DNA of 61,963 bases, the filler included, from Nemertoderma westbladi (taxonomy: Eukaryota; Animalia; Xenacoelomorpha), in assembly GCA_032718475.1 (NCBI GenBank). It is 3 parts of 3 records of this genome, joined end to end, with 100 filler letters (N's around TTAATTAATTAA, not from the genome) between each part and the next. Parts side by side here need not be neighbours in the genome. Positions count along the whole stretch, not along the records: positions 1 to 25,133 come from JAUCBJ010002492.1; 2 more parts are not named here. One strand, written 5' to 3'. The first letter of the stretch is position 1; each line of letters starts with the position of its first letter. Shown here piece after piece: positions 13,448-25,233 of this stretch. Made by a program: the position numbers and the translations under genes. The notes under the pieces were generated by a model. That model saw nothing but the letters and a program-made list of their open reading frames with translations, ran no database searches and was not told the origin of the DNA.

Positions 13448-13962
13448 TTACATACTTATATAGAGTAGTAGAAGAATGCTCCATACGAATCAGAATCAAT
13501 AAAAATAAGCCCCAACATAAAGAATTACTAACTCACAAATGACCTTGTAACATTGCAACGTCGTTTTTTGCACAAGATGCGCCATTAAATTTAACTAATT
13601 ATTAATGCAAATTCGATTTCGACGCATTAATATCGAATAAATTATTAAATCAATTAAGGAAAATTAATAGATTACGTTGCATCGAACTTCTTTGGTAGAT
13701 TTGGATTCCTAACCCCCCCCCCCCCCCCCCCCCCCCTCCTCCCCTCACACCTATCACCTACTGTATCTTCTGATTACCTTGCTATATTTACACACTATAT
13801 ACTTTATGTACCAGGACGTGCTGTGCAATTGTACATGTTACAGAAGGTACTCCTGCACTCACAATCTATCCACAATAGTCTTGGTATATAGGCCAAATCA
13901 ATCACCTGCATTTATTGTAATTTTACTTATTTTATTGATAACTATCTATTAAATATTTTATA

Positions 13963-15373
13963 ATGAATCAGCAAATTAATGTTCCGGTATTGAAAGATAA
14001 ATCCTCTGGTGCCTCTATAATTATAAAGAAAGAACCAACAGACTATATAATTATCAAGAAAGAACCAACAGACAGTGTCCCCTATTCTCGTGAAGTTAAA
14101 CAAGATAACTGTGTTTACAGATCATCTCTCATCGAAGATCACAACAATTTGTTCGGTGGAGTAAATGTAGATGTTGCCCCTGTAATAGGTGACGAAGATA
14201 TTTCTTATGAACCATCTGGTGATTCTTTTGTTGTCGAAAAACGTGAAAACGACGGCCCAGATTGTTCGTATGGTGGTAGGCCTATTGAAACTGGAGATAC
14301 AGACATTCATTGTCAGCATTCTGCTTCTGGATTGCAGTTTATCAGTGTAAAATCTGAAGGTTGTTTTTTATTTACTGAGTCATTAGCAGAAACTCGAACT
14401 GTTAAAGAACAATTTAACGTTGCTGGTACCTCTCGTGACAATGTTGATATTTGCAGAGCTACTGGACCGACAATCAGTTGGGCAACAACAGAATCCGGAG
14501 GTTCTAGTGAAACTGTTGGAGAGTTCCAATCACCTTCAGATACCAATCACCTTAATGATAAAGGAAATTTAGAGAGACATATAGAATCCGTTCATAAAGA
14601 CGTAGAGAATAAGTATAAATGCGATTATTGTGAGAAACTGTTCAAAAGCAAATATTATATAAAGAGGCATGTTGACGCTACCCATAAAGATATCAGACAT
14701 AATTGTAGTTATTGTAATAAAGGATTTAGCCAGCAAGGCAGTCTAAACACCCATGTCAACTACTTTCATAAAGATTTCAAGTACAGCTGTTCCGATTGTG
14801 GAAAATCATTTGCTACAAAAAGTGATCTAAAAAAACATATCGACTCCATTCACAAATGTATCAAGTACAGCTGCTTTGATTGTGGGAAATTATTTGATAC
14901 CAAATCCGGTCTAAGACGACATATCGACTCTAACCATAAAGGCATAAAGTATAATTGCGGTTATTGTGGTAAAGAATACAGTCAGCAAAGGTATCTAAAA
15001 GGCCCATGTCAACTACATTCATAAAGATATCAAGTACAGCTGCTTTGATTGTGGGAAATCATTTGGTAAAAAAGCCAACCTAGAACAACATATCGACTCC
15101 ATTCACAAATGTATCAAGTACAGCTGCTTTGATTGTGATAAATCATTTGGTACAAAAGGCTGTTTAAAAAAACATATCGACTCCATTCACAAAGGTATCG
15201 AGTACAGCTGCTTTGATTGTGATAAATCGTTTGTTAGAAAAAGCGATCTAAAACAACATTTCGATTTTATCCATAAACATATCAAACATAAGTGCGGTTA
15301 TTGTAGCAAAGAATTCAGTCGGAATAGCAATCTAAACACCCATGTCAACTACTTTCATAAAGATATCAAGTAG
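13963..15373 (+). CDS. C2H2 zinc-finger protein paralogue, about 9 intact fingers; one frameshift near 14997-15000
   Basis: ORF 13963-15024 plus continuation to TAG 15371-15373. First finger has lost its cysteines by deletion; two extra fingers relative to copy 1; extra A in CTAAAAGGCC. Confidence 0.85.
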
Positions 15374-15654
15374 ATCTGCGACTCCATCCACAAAGGTTTC
15401 AAATATAATTGCGGTTATTGTCATAAAGAATTCAATCGGCAAAGTCATCTATACGTAGACACTATAGCAGCAATAGCTATCATAAAGGTATCAAATATAA
15501 CTGCGGAGAATTTAGTTATCGAAATGACCTAAAAACGAAAAAAATCTGTTCATATATAAATATTGTTTATGAATCTAAGAAATTCGTATTCTTATTATAT
15601 ATATATACAAAATGTAAATATTTTGTTCGTAATCGAAGGATATTGATCTCTAGA

Positions 15655-15983
15655 GGGGCCGTCCAAGTATGACGTCTGCACTTTTCCCCAAAATATTGAC
15701 CCCCTCCCTCCCCTAAATCAGATGTCATCAGATAGGCGTTGACCCCCCCCCCCCCCCCCCCTAAATCAGATTTAAAAAAATTTCGCGTCCTAATCACTGA
15801 AACATGGTGACTGGTAACTGAAACAGAAGGTCGTGCTACGGGCCTTCGGGGACTTCGAACAATTAAAATAGGCGAGCTATTTACTCTTCAACTATAACTC
15901 TTCTTGCACCTATAAATGCCAACGGATAACGACGGCATAAATGCTGACGTCAGATTTTGGCTGACACCCTCTCCTCCCCTCAT
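15655..15983. mobile_element. Truncated MITE end (GGGGCCGTCCA terminus; Zator- or Harbinger-like)
   Basis: Present only in copy 2; starts GGGGCCGTCCAAGTATGACGTC with repeated TGACGTC/poly-C; no second TIR. Confidence 0.35.
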
Positions 15984-16625
15984 TTTTCAGCCTATTCATA
16001 CGTCGTATGAGGCTCATACACCCTTATCCACAGTTCTAGGAGTCTACTTCGATATGCACGATTATATTACAGCTCTCACATCATCTAAATTGTTTTGGTA
16101 TGAAAACTCGCTGGCTACATTAGTGGCGGCCTCAACCATAATAATTAAAACTGTCATGTAACCCTAAGTCATAATCTAAAAAAAATTATTAACGTTAAAT
16201 TACATTAACAGACAGACAGACACACGTTGCGCTGGAATCTTTATATATCTGTATTATAGCTGTATATACTGTAATTCTAAATTCGCTTAATTGTTTTCGT
16301 TCACGGTCATATTGACATTGTATCAATTATTTCGGTATTGTGTTGGGGTGTATGTGTAGATTTTGCTCAAATTACGTCGTGCAAACCTTTTCTACTTCGT
16401 TGAACTTTCGACCCGCACTCTAAACATATTTAATAAAATTTGTATAAATTCAACAAAAATATTTTCACATTGTCTTATTTTCAATATTTGTTTACTTTTT
16501 GCCGGGAAAAGAGTAAAAGAAATGCAATCCTGGGTTACTTTTCCCTATGGAAAAATGATGTTCTCTTTTTCCCCCGCTTTTAAGGCATTCGAGCAAAAAT
16601 AACAATTTAATTTATTTTATAACAG

Positions 16626-16781
16626 GACGCAATAGCTATCCTCCGTGAATTCAAAAACCTGATGCATCCCTTCATCACTATAACATTCAATCCAAAATGG
16701 CCTGAGATAACCGAGTCATTACTCCCGGGTCAACGCGCAGAGGAGCGGCCAGATATCGTGTCCCGTGTATTCCGGCTTCGC
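16626..16781 (+). pseudogene. Helitron RepHel fragment, duplicated copy
   Basis: Near-identical to 3521-3677 (FITITFNPKWPEITESLLPGQRAEERPDIVSRVF). Confidence 0.8.
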
Positions 16782-17902
16782 TGTAGGCCTAAGATTAAAA
16801 CTAAAATCTTTGTTCGCTCTACTCTACGTACTCCTTAATATATTTCCCGTTTATAATCGTCATTTGGACTACTGATCCCCTTATAAATAGATTATTTGTA
16901 GTGATATGTTTTAGTACTTAGCAGGTGAACTAACTGTTCAAGAGTATAGAAATTAATAGAATAGAAATTACATGAACTCTCAAACTAAAAACTAACTGAT
17001 ATAATTATATAATATATAACTATAATGTTTTTGGTGGGTTCTGGGGTTAGTTTTCCACGAAGTTTGTTCCTTTTATGCGACGAAGATGGTTTGAAAATTG
17101 CAACTAGGTCCACCCGACTTTACAGCACTGGTTTGTGTTTCGCAGTTTTAGTTTTCTAATTCCTTGGCTGCGCCGATTAGCCTCCCCGAAAAAGCCGAGA
17201 TATTCCAGTCTGGCCTTTAAGCCAATACTGCAATATACCAGTATACAGTACAATACAGATACGCATACACAAATATAATAAAAACTATAACCACTGTCCA
17301 CAAGCAAATACAGTAGCTACAATACTAGTGCAGCCTGAAGGACTGAGGTGGGCCTGAGGATAAGGAGTTAAGTTGGTGCTCGAAAAAAAGAAAATAATAT
17401 TAATAAAGTTAGAGTAGATAAAGTTACATGTTAATACACATTTAAATTTAAAATGTTTGTAATATTTCCACCTGCTGCGCGTACATCACCTGATCACTGG
17501 CAGACTGGGCTGAAATATTTAAAGATTTAATAAGAACGAGGAAATAATGAATGAATATGGAAGTTATTTATTTTTGTTGAGATTAATTAATTTGCTAGTG
17601 GGAAATGTAGGCTATAATATATTGAATAAGTGTTTTTTTTAAGATGTGATTGGAACAGCGATTTAGATTTTTTGCATCTATCAGTTAGTCGGGCAGCGAG
17701 TTCCAGACATGAGGACTATTTATTATGTCTGTACACTGTAGGGCTACCACTGGGTGACTGGCGCTCCAGTCATTTACTGCTGTCAAAGTCTGACAGTGTC
17801 ATGCTGTACCGGTCCCGGTTGCCCGGTACGGTACCCATCTAATCTACTACAGTACTACAGTCAGACCTCAGAAAGTTAGCGAGTTAGGCTGTTAGGTACT
17901 GT

Positions 17903-19801
17903 CAGTCACTGATCTATGCCAAAATTGGCATTTTTCAAAATTGGAAGTTTTCATGCCAAAATTGGAATTTTTTATATATTTTCTGTCCAGGGTCAGCCAA
18001 TATTGGTTGGGGTTAACTAAATTTTGCAAAAAATTATATTTTGATGCATTTAGAAACTTTTGACCGAGATAAAAAAAAATTCACCATGCTTTTGGTTTTT
18101 TATGATTAAAATTTTGATACTGTAACCTCTAGTTCCAAAATTGGAAGTTTTTGACCTGCCGTTTTTGGCATTTTTTATTCTGATAGAGGAAGAGCAGCTG
18201 CAGACTGGCAGAGAGAGTCTGGTTGTAGTTGCTGAGTTGCAGCTTGCAGGCATATATATCTGTATATTGGTATATTACCAAACTTTTGTTGTAAATGTGT
18301 CAGTGTCATGCTGTGGCAGCTGTGATGTGACATTATACATTCTAGTGAGTTGCATGTGCTTGTGTGTGTAATATATGTGTACGTACAGTAGGTACCGGTA
18401 CGGTACTTGTACTATCCAATATCCGAATACCTTAATGTTAACCTTGATATGATATCTTCTTAACTACCTACTGACCTAAGAAACGCCCTGCGCTGGGCCA
18501 TACAAAAATGTACGATTTGATCACATTATCAATTTCAATACTTTGTCTCTGTTTGTGTAGGCCTATATAACTATACATTCTGACCTTTTTTTAAGAATTC
18601 GCTATCACCATCACCTGCTTACAGCTTAGCTTGAAGAAGACTTAGTTCCAGTTGTTGTGTTAGTGTTAGTACTTCCAGACAGCCAGAGACAGCATTCATT
18701 ACCAGTGCCTTTTGTTTTATTAAATGCCGACTTTGTGCCACACATCTACCTGTCTACTGCATAAGTAACCGCTTTAGATCCTAGAGCACCTTAGACCCTG
18801 AACGAACTTAGATCTTGGGTGAACTTAGATCCTTCCCAGGCAGCCAAGCGAACTTAGATACTTCCCATACTGCCATACTGTCATACGAACTTAGATCCTT
18901 CCCATATGAACTTCGATCCTCAACATACGAACTTAGATTCCACCTTGCGTATATCTGTATATATCAGTATATTGCTGTACCGTACCATAGCTGTGTTAAT
19001 GTAAAAACGTCATCCCCATACTGCCATGGCCAGCAGACCTTACTGTAAATATTATCACGCTTGAAGCTGAAGGGAAGCGAACTTATAGATCCTACTACCA
19101 TAATAATAATAAATTATACATTGCACCGAATTAGCTATTAATTTGCAAATTATAGTTTATTGGTGAGTAACTAATCGCAACTACTCTGAGTGTATGACTT
19201 ATTTGCATTAGATCATTATAATTCTGTAAGTACTTTTATATGCTTAATGTAAAATGTAACACAGTACAATACTGCAATACTATATATCAATTGAACATGG
19301 CCAGCACTACATGCAGACATGATGTGGGATCTAAGTTCGCCTCTCCTCTAGCAGTCTAGCGTGTGCTAAGGAATTTGTATAAATTTGGGATCTAAGTTCA
19401 CCTAGTTCAGTAGTTAGGATCTAAGCTCCCCCCAGCCCCCAGACTACCGGATAGGATCTAAGTTCACTTAGTTAGGCAGTTAGGATCTAAGTTCAACCAG
19501 ACTGCCAGATATAGGATCTATGTTCGCATATATAGGACCCAAGTTCGCATAGATATAAGTTCCTCAAACTGTCAAAGTCACGAACTGCAGGATCTAAGTT
19601 CGTTTACCGAAATATAATGCATTATACTGTAATACATTTGCATGAAAATAGATTAGTTCAAACTGTCAAAATACATTATTAATCTAATAACTGGCTGACT
19701 GGTGCCTATCAGTACTAGTTCCAATTTTGGAATTAATGCCGAAATTGGAATAAAAACTTCCATTTTTGAAAACTGCCAATTTTGGCATAGATCACTGACT
19801 G
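17903..19801. mobile_element. Non-autonomous DNA transposon 'B': CAGTC termini, 5-bp TSD
   Basis: TIR CAGTCA(C/G)TGATCTATGCCAAAATTGGCA (27/28 match); TSD ACTGT (17898-17902, 19802-19806); empty site GTTAGGTACTGTAGGT near 4838 in copy 1. Confidence 0.93.
18765..19608. mobile_element. Older nested foldback-type element within B
   Basis: Cluster of GAACTTAGATCC motifs (18775-19092) facing a cluster of the reverse complement GGATCTAAGTTC (19327-19601); no clear TSD. Confidence 0.55.
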
Positions 19802-20433
19802 ACTGTAGGTACCGGTAATTGTTAGCTGCCAGTCGTCAGGCTCTCTGCACTCTGTCCGTGATAAATTACCATAGGCCTAATTACTTAAATTTTAAATTGA
19901 AAATTCGTAAACCACTAAATTATGAAATTCATTCTGGCTGTAGTGTAAATTCAGAAATTGGACATATTGCAGTATTGTGTGTGAGTGTGACCAGACCACT
20001 GTTCCTGACTGAAATTAATTAGGCCTATGACTACTGGACTATGAGCGATTGGCGAACGATAACCATTCTATTAGGCCTACTTAATTTTTTTGTAATAAAT
20101 AATAAAATTTTTGAAAACTCCGGCTCCGTCTAAATTGTCCATACTCAGATACTCCGGCTCCGGCTAAATTGTTCATACTCCGGCTCCGGCCAAATCCAGA
20201 AATCCCAACTCCGATCGAGCCCTACTGTATAACATACTTACTGTGGTTCCGGTTACTCTTACTTTACTAGATATACTGATATACTAGTCTACGTCTTTAT
20301 CATTTATAGTACCGGTACTGGTCAGCTGGTAGTAAGTAGGTAGAAGTACAGGTACAGAAGTAGGCATATGGTATTGCTGTTGCTGTACAGCTGTGATGTA
20401 GGTGGGATGTAGCGATGTAGGCCTAGTTAGTAT

Positions 20434-21135
20434 TAGCGTTAGACCGGAGCCAGATTTTTGCCGGAGCCGGAACCGGACCGGGTAAATTCCAAAAGTACCG
20501 GAGCCGGACCGGGTAAGTAAAATTAAATAAAAAAAATATTGAGGCCTGCCTGGTATGACTGTATGTGGTATGACCTATAGGTACCGGTACCTCAACCACG
20601 CAATAGAGGAATGGTTGATAGCATCATCAACCAAGTCCTGAAGTCTGCCAGTAGATCTGTAGATGTAGAGGTATACTAATACTAGGCTACAGGCAGACAG
20701 GGCTAGGCTAGTGACATGCAGACAGACAGATAGGCTAAATAGAGTGAGTAGGTAGTACAGTACAGCAGTAGTACCGGTACAGTTTACAGTACTGTCAGAC
20801 TGTACTGCTGTAGGTCAGTAGGTACTAGTGTACTGACTGGCCTGTCTTTGTAGCCTCAGCCTGGCACCTGGTAGGCCAGTACAGCAGTAGGCAGTATAGC
20901 TGTACTATGATTGACTAGATGACTGCTGGAGCTGGACTGTGACTGTGGACAACTGATTGTGGATTGTACATCGGTCAGTCGGTGCATTGTGTGTCTCTGT
21001 CTGTCTTTTACAGTTTTATACTGGCTGACTGGAGCTCCGGTTCTCCGGTCATATTTTAGCCGGAGCCGGACCGGAACCGGAGCATCATTTTCCGGGCCGG
21101 ATCCGGACCGGAGCCGGAGCTCCGGTCTAACACTA
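20434..21135. mobile_element. hAT-type MITE
   Basis: TIR TAG(C/T)GTTAGACCGGAGC; 8-bp TSD GTTAGTAT (20426-20433, 21136-21143); empty site near 5440; CCGGA subterminal repeats. Confidence 0.92.
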
Positions 21136-23027
21136 GTTAGTATAAGTATATATTTCGTAACGCCCAGAATGGTCGTGGGAGGGAGGGGGGGGGGGGCTCC
21201 CTTACAGACTTACTTATTAGTACAAGGCCTCGTAAGCCGTACCGGTTTAGGCCTAGTTCAGTAGTTACCTCCCAGTTAGTCAGGTTCAGGTTTAGTCTGT
21301 TAGTCTTAGTTAGTACTTTTAGTGTAATACAGCAGGAAATTAGATATACCGGCAGGTCCGGATCCGGAACCCTGATGCTACAGACAGCTGTAAGGGGGTG
21401 GGGGGGGGGGGGGGAGTGAGTATATACCCCCCACCCCCAGTACGTAGCCCGTATCAGCACACTTCAGCACTTGGATCTATCCTATCTGGGGACCTCCAAC
21501 CTTTTCAGAGTTTCCGCTTGGTGTACCGAGTACCGGTATCTATACACTGTTGATTCTTAATTAAATTTGGGTTTAAATTTGGTTTTCTATTCTACAATAT
21601 TCCTAACTCTCGTTACCGGTTGTTGTTTTGGTTCCCTTCAACTCGCCTTTATAACCTGCTCCTTTACTAACCTGCCTGGTTTTGGAGGCCCCCAAACAGG
21701 ATAATCCCGCACACTTTAAAACTTGAAACCGGGGCTTTTCGTATTGGAATTTTTAAAAGTGAATAAAAAAGTACTGGACATGACATGGGGAGAAGTTATA
21801 TTTTCAACTGAGTTGAAATTCCAACTTTATTTATTAAAATTCAATTTTTTTTTACTTCAACTTTGACTTTTGGACTACGGTACGGTAGGGTAGGTTTGGA
21901 AATGATTTGAAAATTTGAATTTGATGAATTTAAAAACTAAAATATGGAGTTGGAATCCATTACAGATATTCCATTATATAATAATTAATTAATTATGACA
22001 TAGGCAGATAGGCCTACAGCGGTAATTTAATAGGTCTAATAAGTAAGTACCATTACATTAATGCAATATCTGCCCTGGAGACTATTCCGTATTTGGAGTG
22101 ATTTGGAGTAATTTGTTACCACTGGGGTGTTTAGACCATTCTGCCATTAGCAGCACTGGTGGCAGTGGTGGGGCTGTGGGGGGTCGATTCCCCCCCCCCC
22201 CCCCCCCCCCCCCCCCACTGTATTTTTGTAATCATCCAATAAAATACTACGAAATTTGGGCTGTAGGTTAAAAAATTATCGAAGAACATGTTCAAATCCA
22301 AAAAAAATGAAAATTTCATAAGGTGGGTATATTAATTTTCTTGAAAAATACAAGTAGTCCCAGGCCCAGGACAAAATAAACATTTTTTTTATATTCTAAA
22401 AATTAATAGTGTGGCATTGTTGGCTAGCGTTAGTAGGTTTTTCACTACACTGAATCGAATGGGATTATATTCCATTTCCGAAAATGGAATTGAATCTATT
22501 TTTCGTGCACCTAAGAAGTTGGCGCTTCGGAAAATGCCCCATCTTTTGATTTCAACGCGTTTTTATAGGTTTTTCTGGACCGCTGAAACGATTAAAAATA
22601 TTATAGAACCGTGAAGATTTAGGGATCGTTGTTTTTAGAGCACCAAAATTAAGGTGTGGCACTTCAAATATTGAAAAATAGGCCCCTTCGAGATTCGGAA
22701 AATAAACCAAAGTTCAGATTTCACAGCACATTTCTAGGTTTTCTGGACCGCTGAATCAATTGAAAGTATTATAGAAGCCTAAAGACTTAGTGGTTCGGCA
22801 TTTCTGGTGCACCAAAATTAGGGAGTGGCTCTTATTCAAATTTTGAAAAAGTACCACGCCCTAATTTTGGTGTACCAATAATGACGTACCACTAAGAATT
22901 GAGGCTACAATATTACTCTCAATCGATTCAGCGGTCCAGATAACCTATAAAAATTGGTTGAAATGAAAACCTTGTGGTATTTTCTGAATATCGTAATTTT
23001 GAAAATTTTAAGTAAGCTTACTTGCTA

Positions 23028-24680
23028 GGGGAAAGTGGGGGAATTAGAAACACTTTTTGGATTTTAAAAAATTAAAAGTGCCCTCATTTCTACACAAACA
23101 TTCATAGAGGAAATATAACTATAGATTTGGAATCATGCATCTCTCTGCTAACAATAGAACATCCTATCTCGTCTGCCTATCACTATCTGGTAGTGACAGG
23201 CAGACGAGATTTTTTTTAAGTTGAGATTGTTTCCATTTACCCCACAATGGGGTAAATGGAAACACGGTTTGCCTCTCAATAGTTAAATCAACCAGAAATT
23301 CACATGGGGTAATTGGAATATTTCTAATTACCACATGGGAATGTAGATTAAATTGCGCACAATTTGATATATAACATGTCTATGTTGCCACATATGTTTA
23401 ATATTTAAAGTGTTTCACAAACCTTCAACAATTAACAGAGATATGCATGTTTGTGAATAAATGACATCCAGCAACAATATGGATATATGAAAACTAATTA
23501 TAGCTCTTTATATAACTAAATTAAACTTAATTTATTTAAATTAAAATGAATTAGCTTAACTTAAATTAAAATTAGAATTTCTTGTTGGTTCAGCACAGCC
23601 CCATTCCCGCTTTTCCTATTACCACCAGATATTGGGCCAATGTTTCCTCGTTGGCTTTTCCGAGAAAACATCTACGCACCTGACCTATATAATTAGCGAT
23701 CACTATATTTAAGTTTCTTGTTCCCAGAGGGTACCCCCAGGAATTCCAAAGGTATATGCAGCCTCCCGAATAGTGGCATGACCACTGGAAATGGTGCTTT
23801 AAGGCAGCAGATAGAGATTCCATAGAGTATGACGCCCAGGCAACGCAGGCAGCCATGACGTTTTGCGTAAAATTGAGGGAAAAGAGCAGGTTACAGAGGC
23901 TGGCTTTTCTAACCCAAACAATAAATGGCCACTTTCCCAAATGAGGGAAAGGAGCAGATTACAGAGGCATGCTTTTCTAACCAAAACAATCAACGGCCAC
24001 TTTACCAATTGAGGGAAAGCAGCAGGTTACCTAGGTGGGCTATTCCAACCAAAACAATAAACGATTACTTTACCAATTGAGCGAAACCATATGGTCAGAC
24101 TTCTAGTCAGCTAGTAGTCATTAGTCACATGGTCAGACTGTCAGTAGTCACTCTATAACCAAAAAAATCAGGCACTCAAGCAATAGGCAGATAGGTACCG
24201 GTGCGCAGCTGTATGATAATTAGAAACTGTTGAAAAGGACGGTCCCCAAAGTAACAGGACCAGCTAAAAAAATTAATGTTTCCAATTACCCCATGGCACC
24301 AAAATTTGACCATTTTTAAATTATGTTGAACAAACAAATTTTTTATTATGCTATCATTAAATTAGGTTGTCTACTGAATAGATGACATAATAAGCTTTAA
24401 ATTAAGCTATTGCTTAAGATAATTGGAATAAGACATCGCTCACAATCGATTTGTGAAGTTGCAAAAAAATAATCGAAAATTTGATTTTTTTTTCATCTTT
24501 TATACAATCAGCCATTTGACAATGAAGAAGTGAAAATAAACGCCACATTCCTATTGGAAAAATAATCACCAATAATTTATCTCAATAAACATCAAAATTT
24601 CGAGTCTATACATACAAAAGCATGCATGTAGTAGCCATTGCTTCTAATTACCCCATGTTTCTAATTCCCCCACCTTCCCC
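23028..24680 (-). mobile_element. Internally deleted pogo-like (Tc1/mariner superfamily) transposon
   Basis: TIR GGGGAA(A/G)GTGGGGGAATTAGAAACA; TA TSD; empty site TTGCTACGCCC near 10601. The minus strand at about 23590-23840 gives a frameshifted HTH_psq-like remnant (YSMESLSAAL / IREAAYTFGIPGGTL) followed by a CENP-B-like start. Confidence 0.9.
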
Positions 24681-25133
24681 TACGCCCTAATTTTGGTGCA
24701 CCAAAAATGATGTACCACTAAGAATTGAGTCTTCTATTTTACTTCCAATCTTTCAATCGATTAAGCGGCCCAAAAAACCCATAAAAATGCGTTGAAATCA
24801 AAACTTCGGAGTATTTAATGAATATTGCAATTTTGAAAATTTATAGTGCCACGCCATAATTTTAGTGCACCAAAAATGACGTACCACTTCACTTACATAC
24901 TTATATAGAGTAGTAGAAGAATGCTCCATACGAATCAGAATCAATAAAAATAAGCCCCAACATAAAGAATTACTAACTCACAAATGACCTTGTAACATTG
25001 CAACGTCGTTTTTTGCACAAGATGCGCCATTAAATTTAACTAATTATTGATGCAAATTCGATTTCGACGCATTAATATCGAATAAATTATTAAATCAATG
25101 AAGGAAAATTAATAGATTACGTTTGTATTCGAA

Positions 25134-25233
25134 NNNNNNNNNNNNNNNNNNNNNNNNNNNNNNNNNNNNNNNNNNNNTTAATTAATTAANNNNNNNNNNN
25201 NNNNNNNNNNNNNNNNNNNNNNNNNNNNNNNNN
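25134..25233. other. Artificial contig linker
   Basis: 44 N + TTAATTAATTAA (stops in six frames) + 44 N. Confidence 0.97.

Larger units (their letters stand above)
1..13712. repeat. Tandem segmental duplication, copy 1 (zinc-finger gene unit)
   Basis: Sequence from the poly-C at 1 aligns collinearly with 13713 onward; 13448-13686 matches 24893-25133. Differences are TE insertions and small indels. Confidence 0.95.
13713..25133. repeat. Tandem segmental duplication, copy 2
   Basis: Collinear, highly similar to 1-13712; the contig ends about 25 bp before a third unit would begin. Confidence 0.95.

Noticed and set aside
1120-15005. Programmed frameshifting in the ZF genes
   Set aside because: The two shifts are at different positions, both in A homopolymers; sequencing error or decay is more likely.
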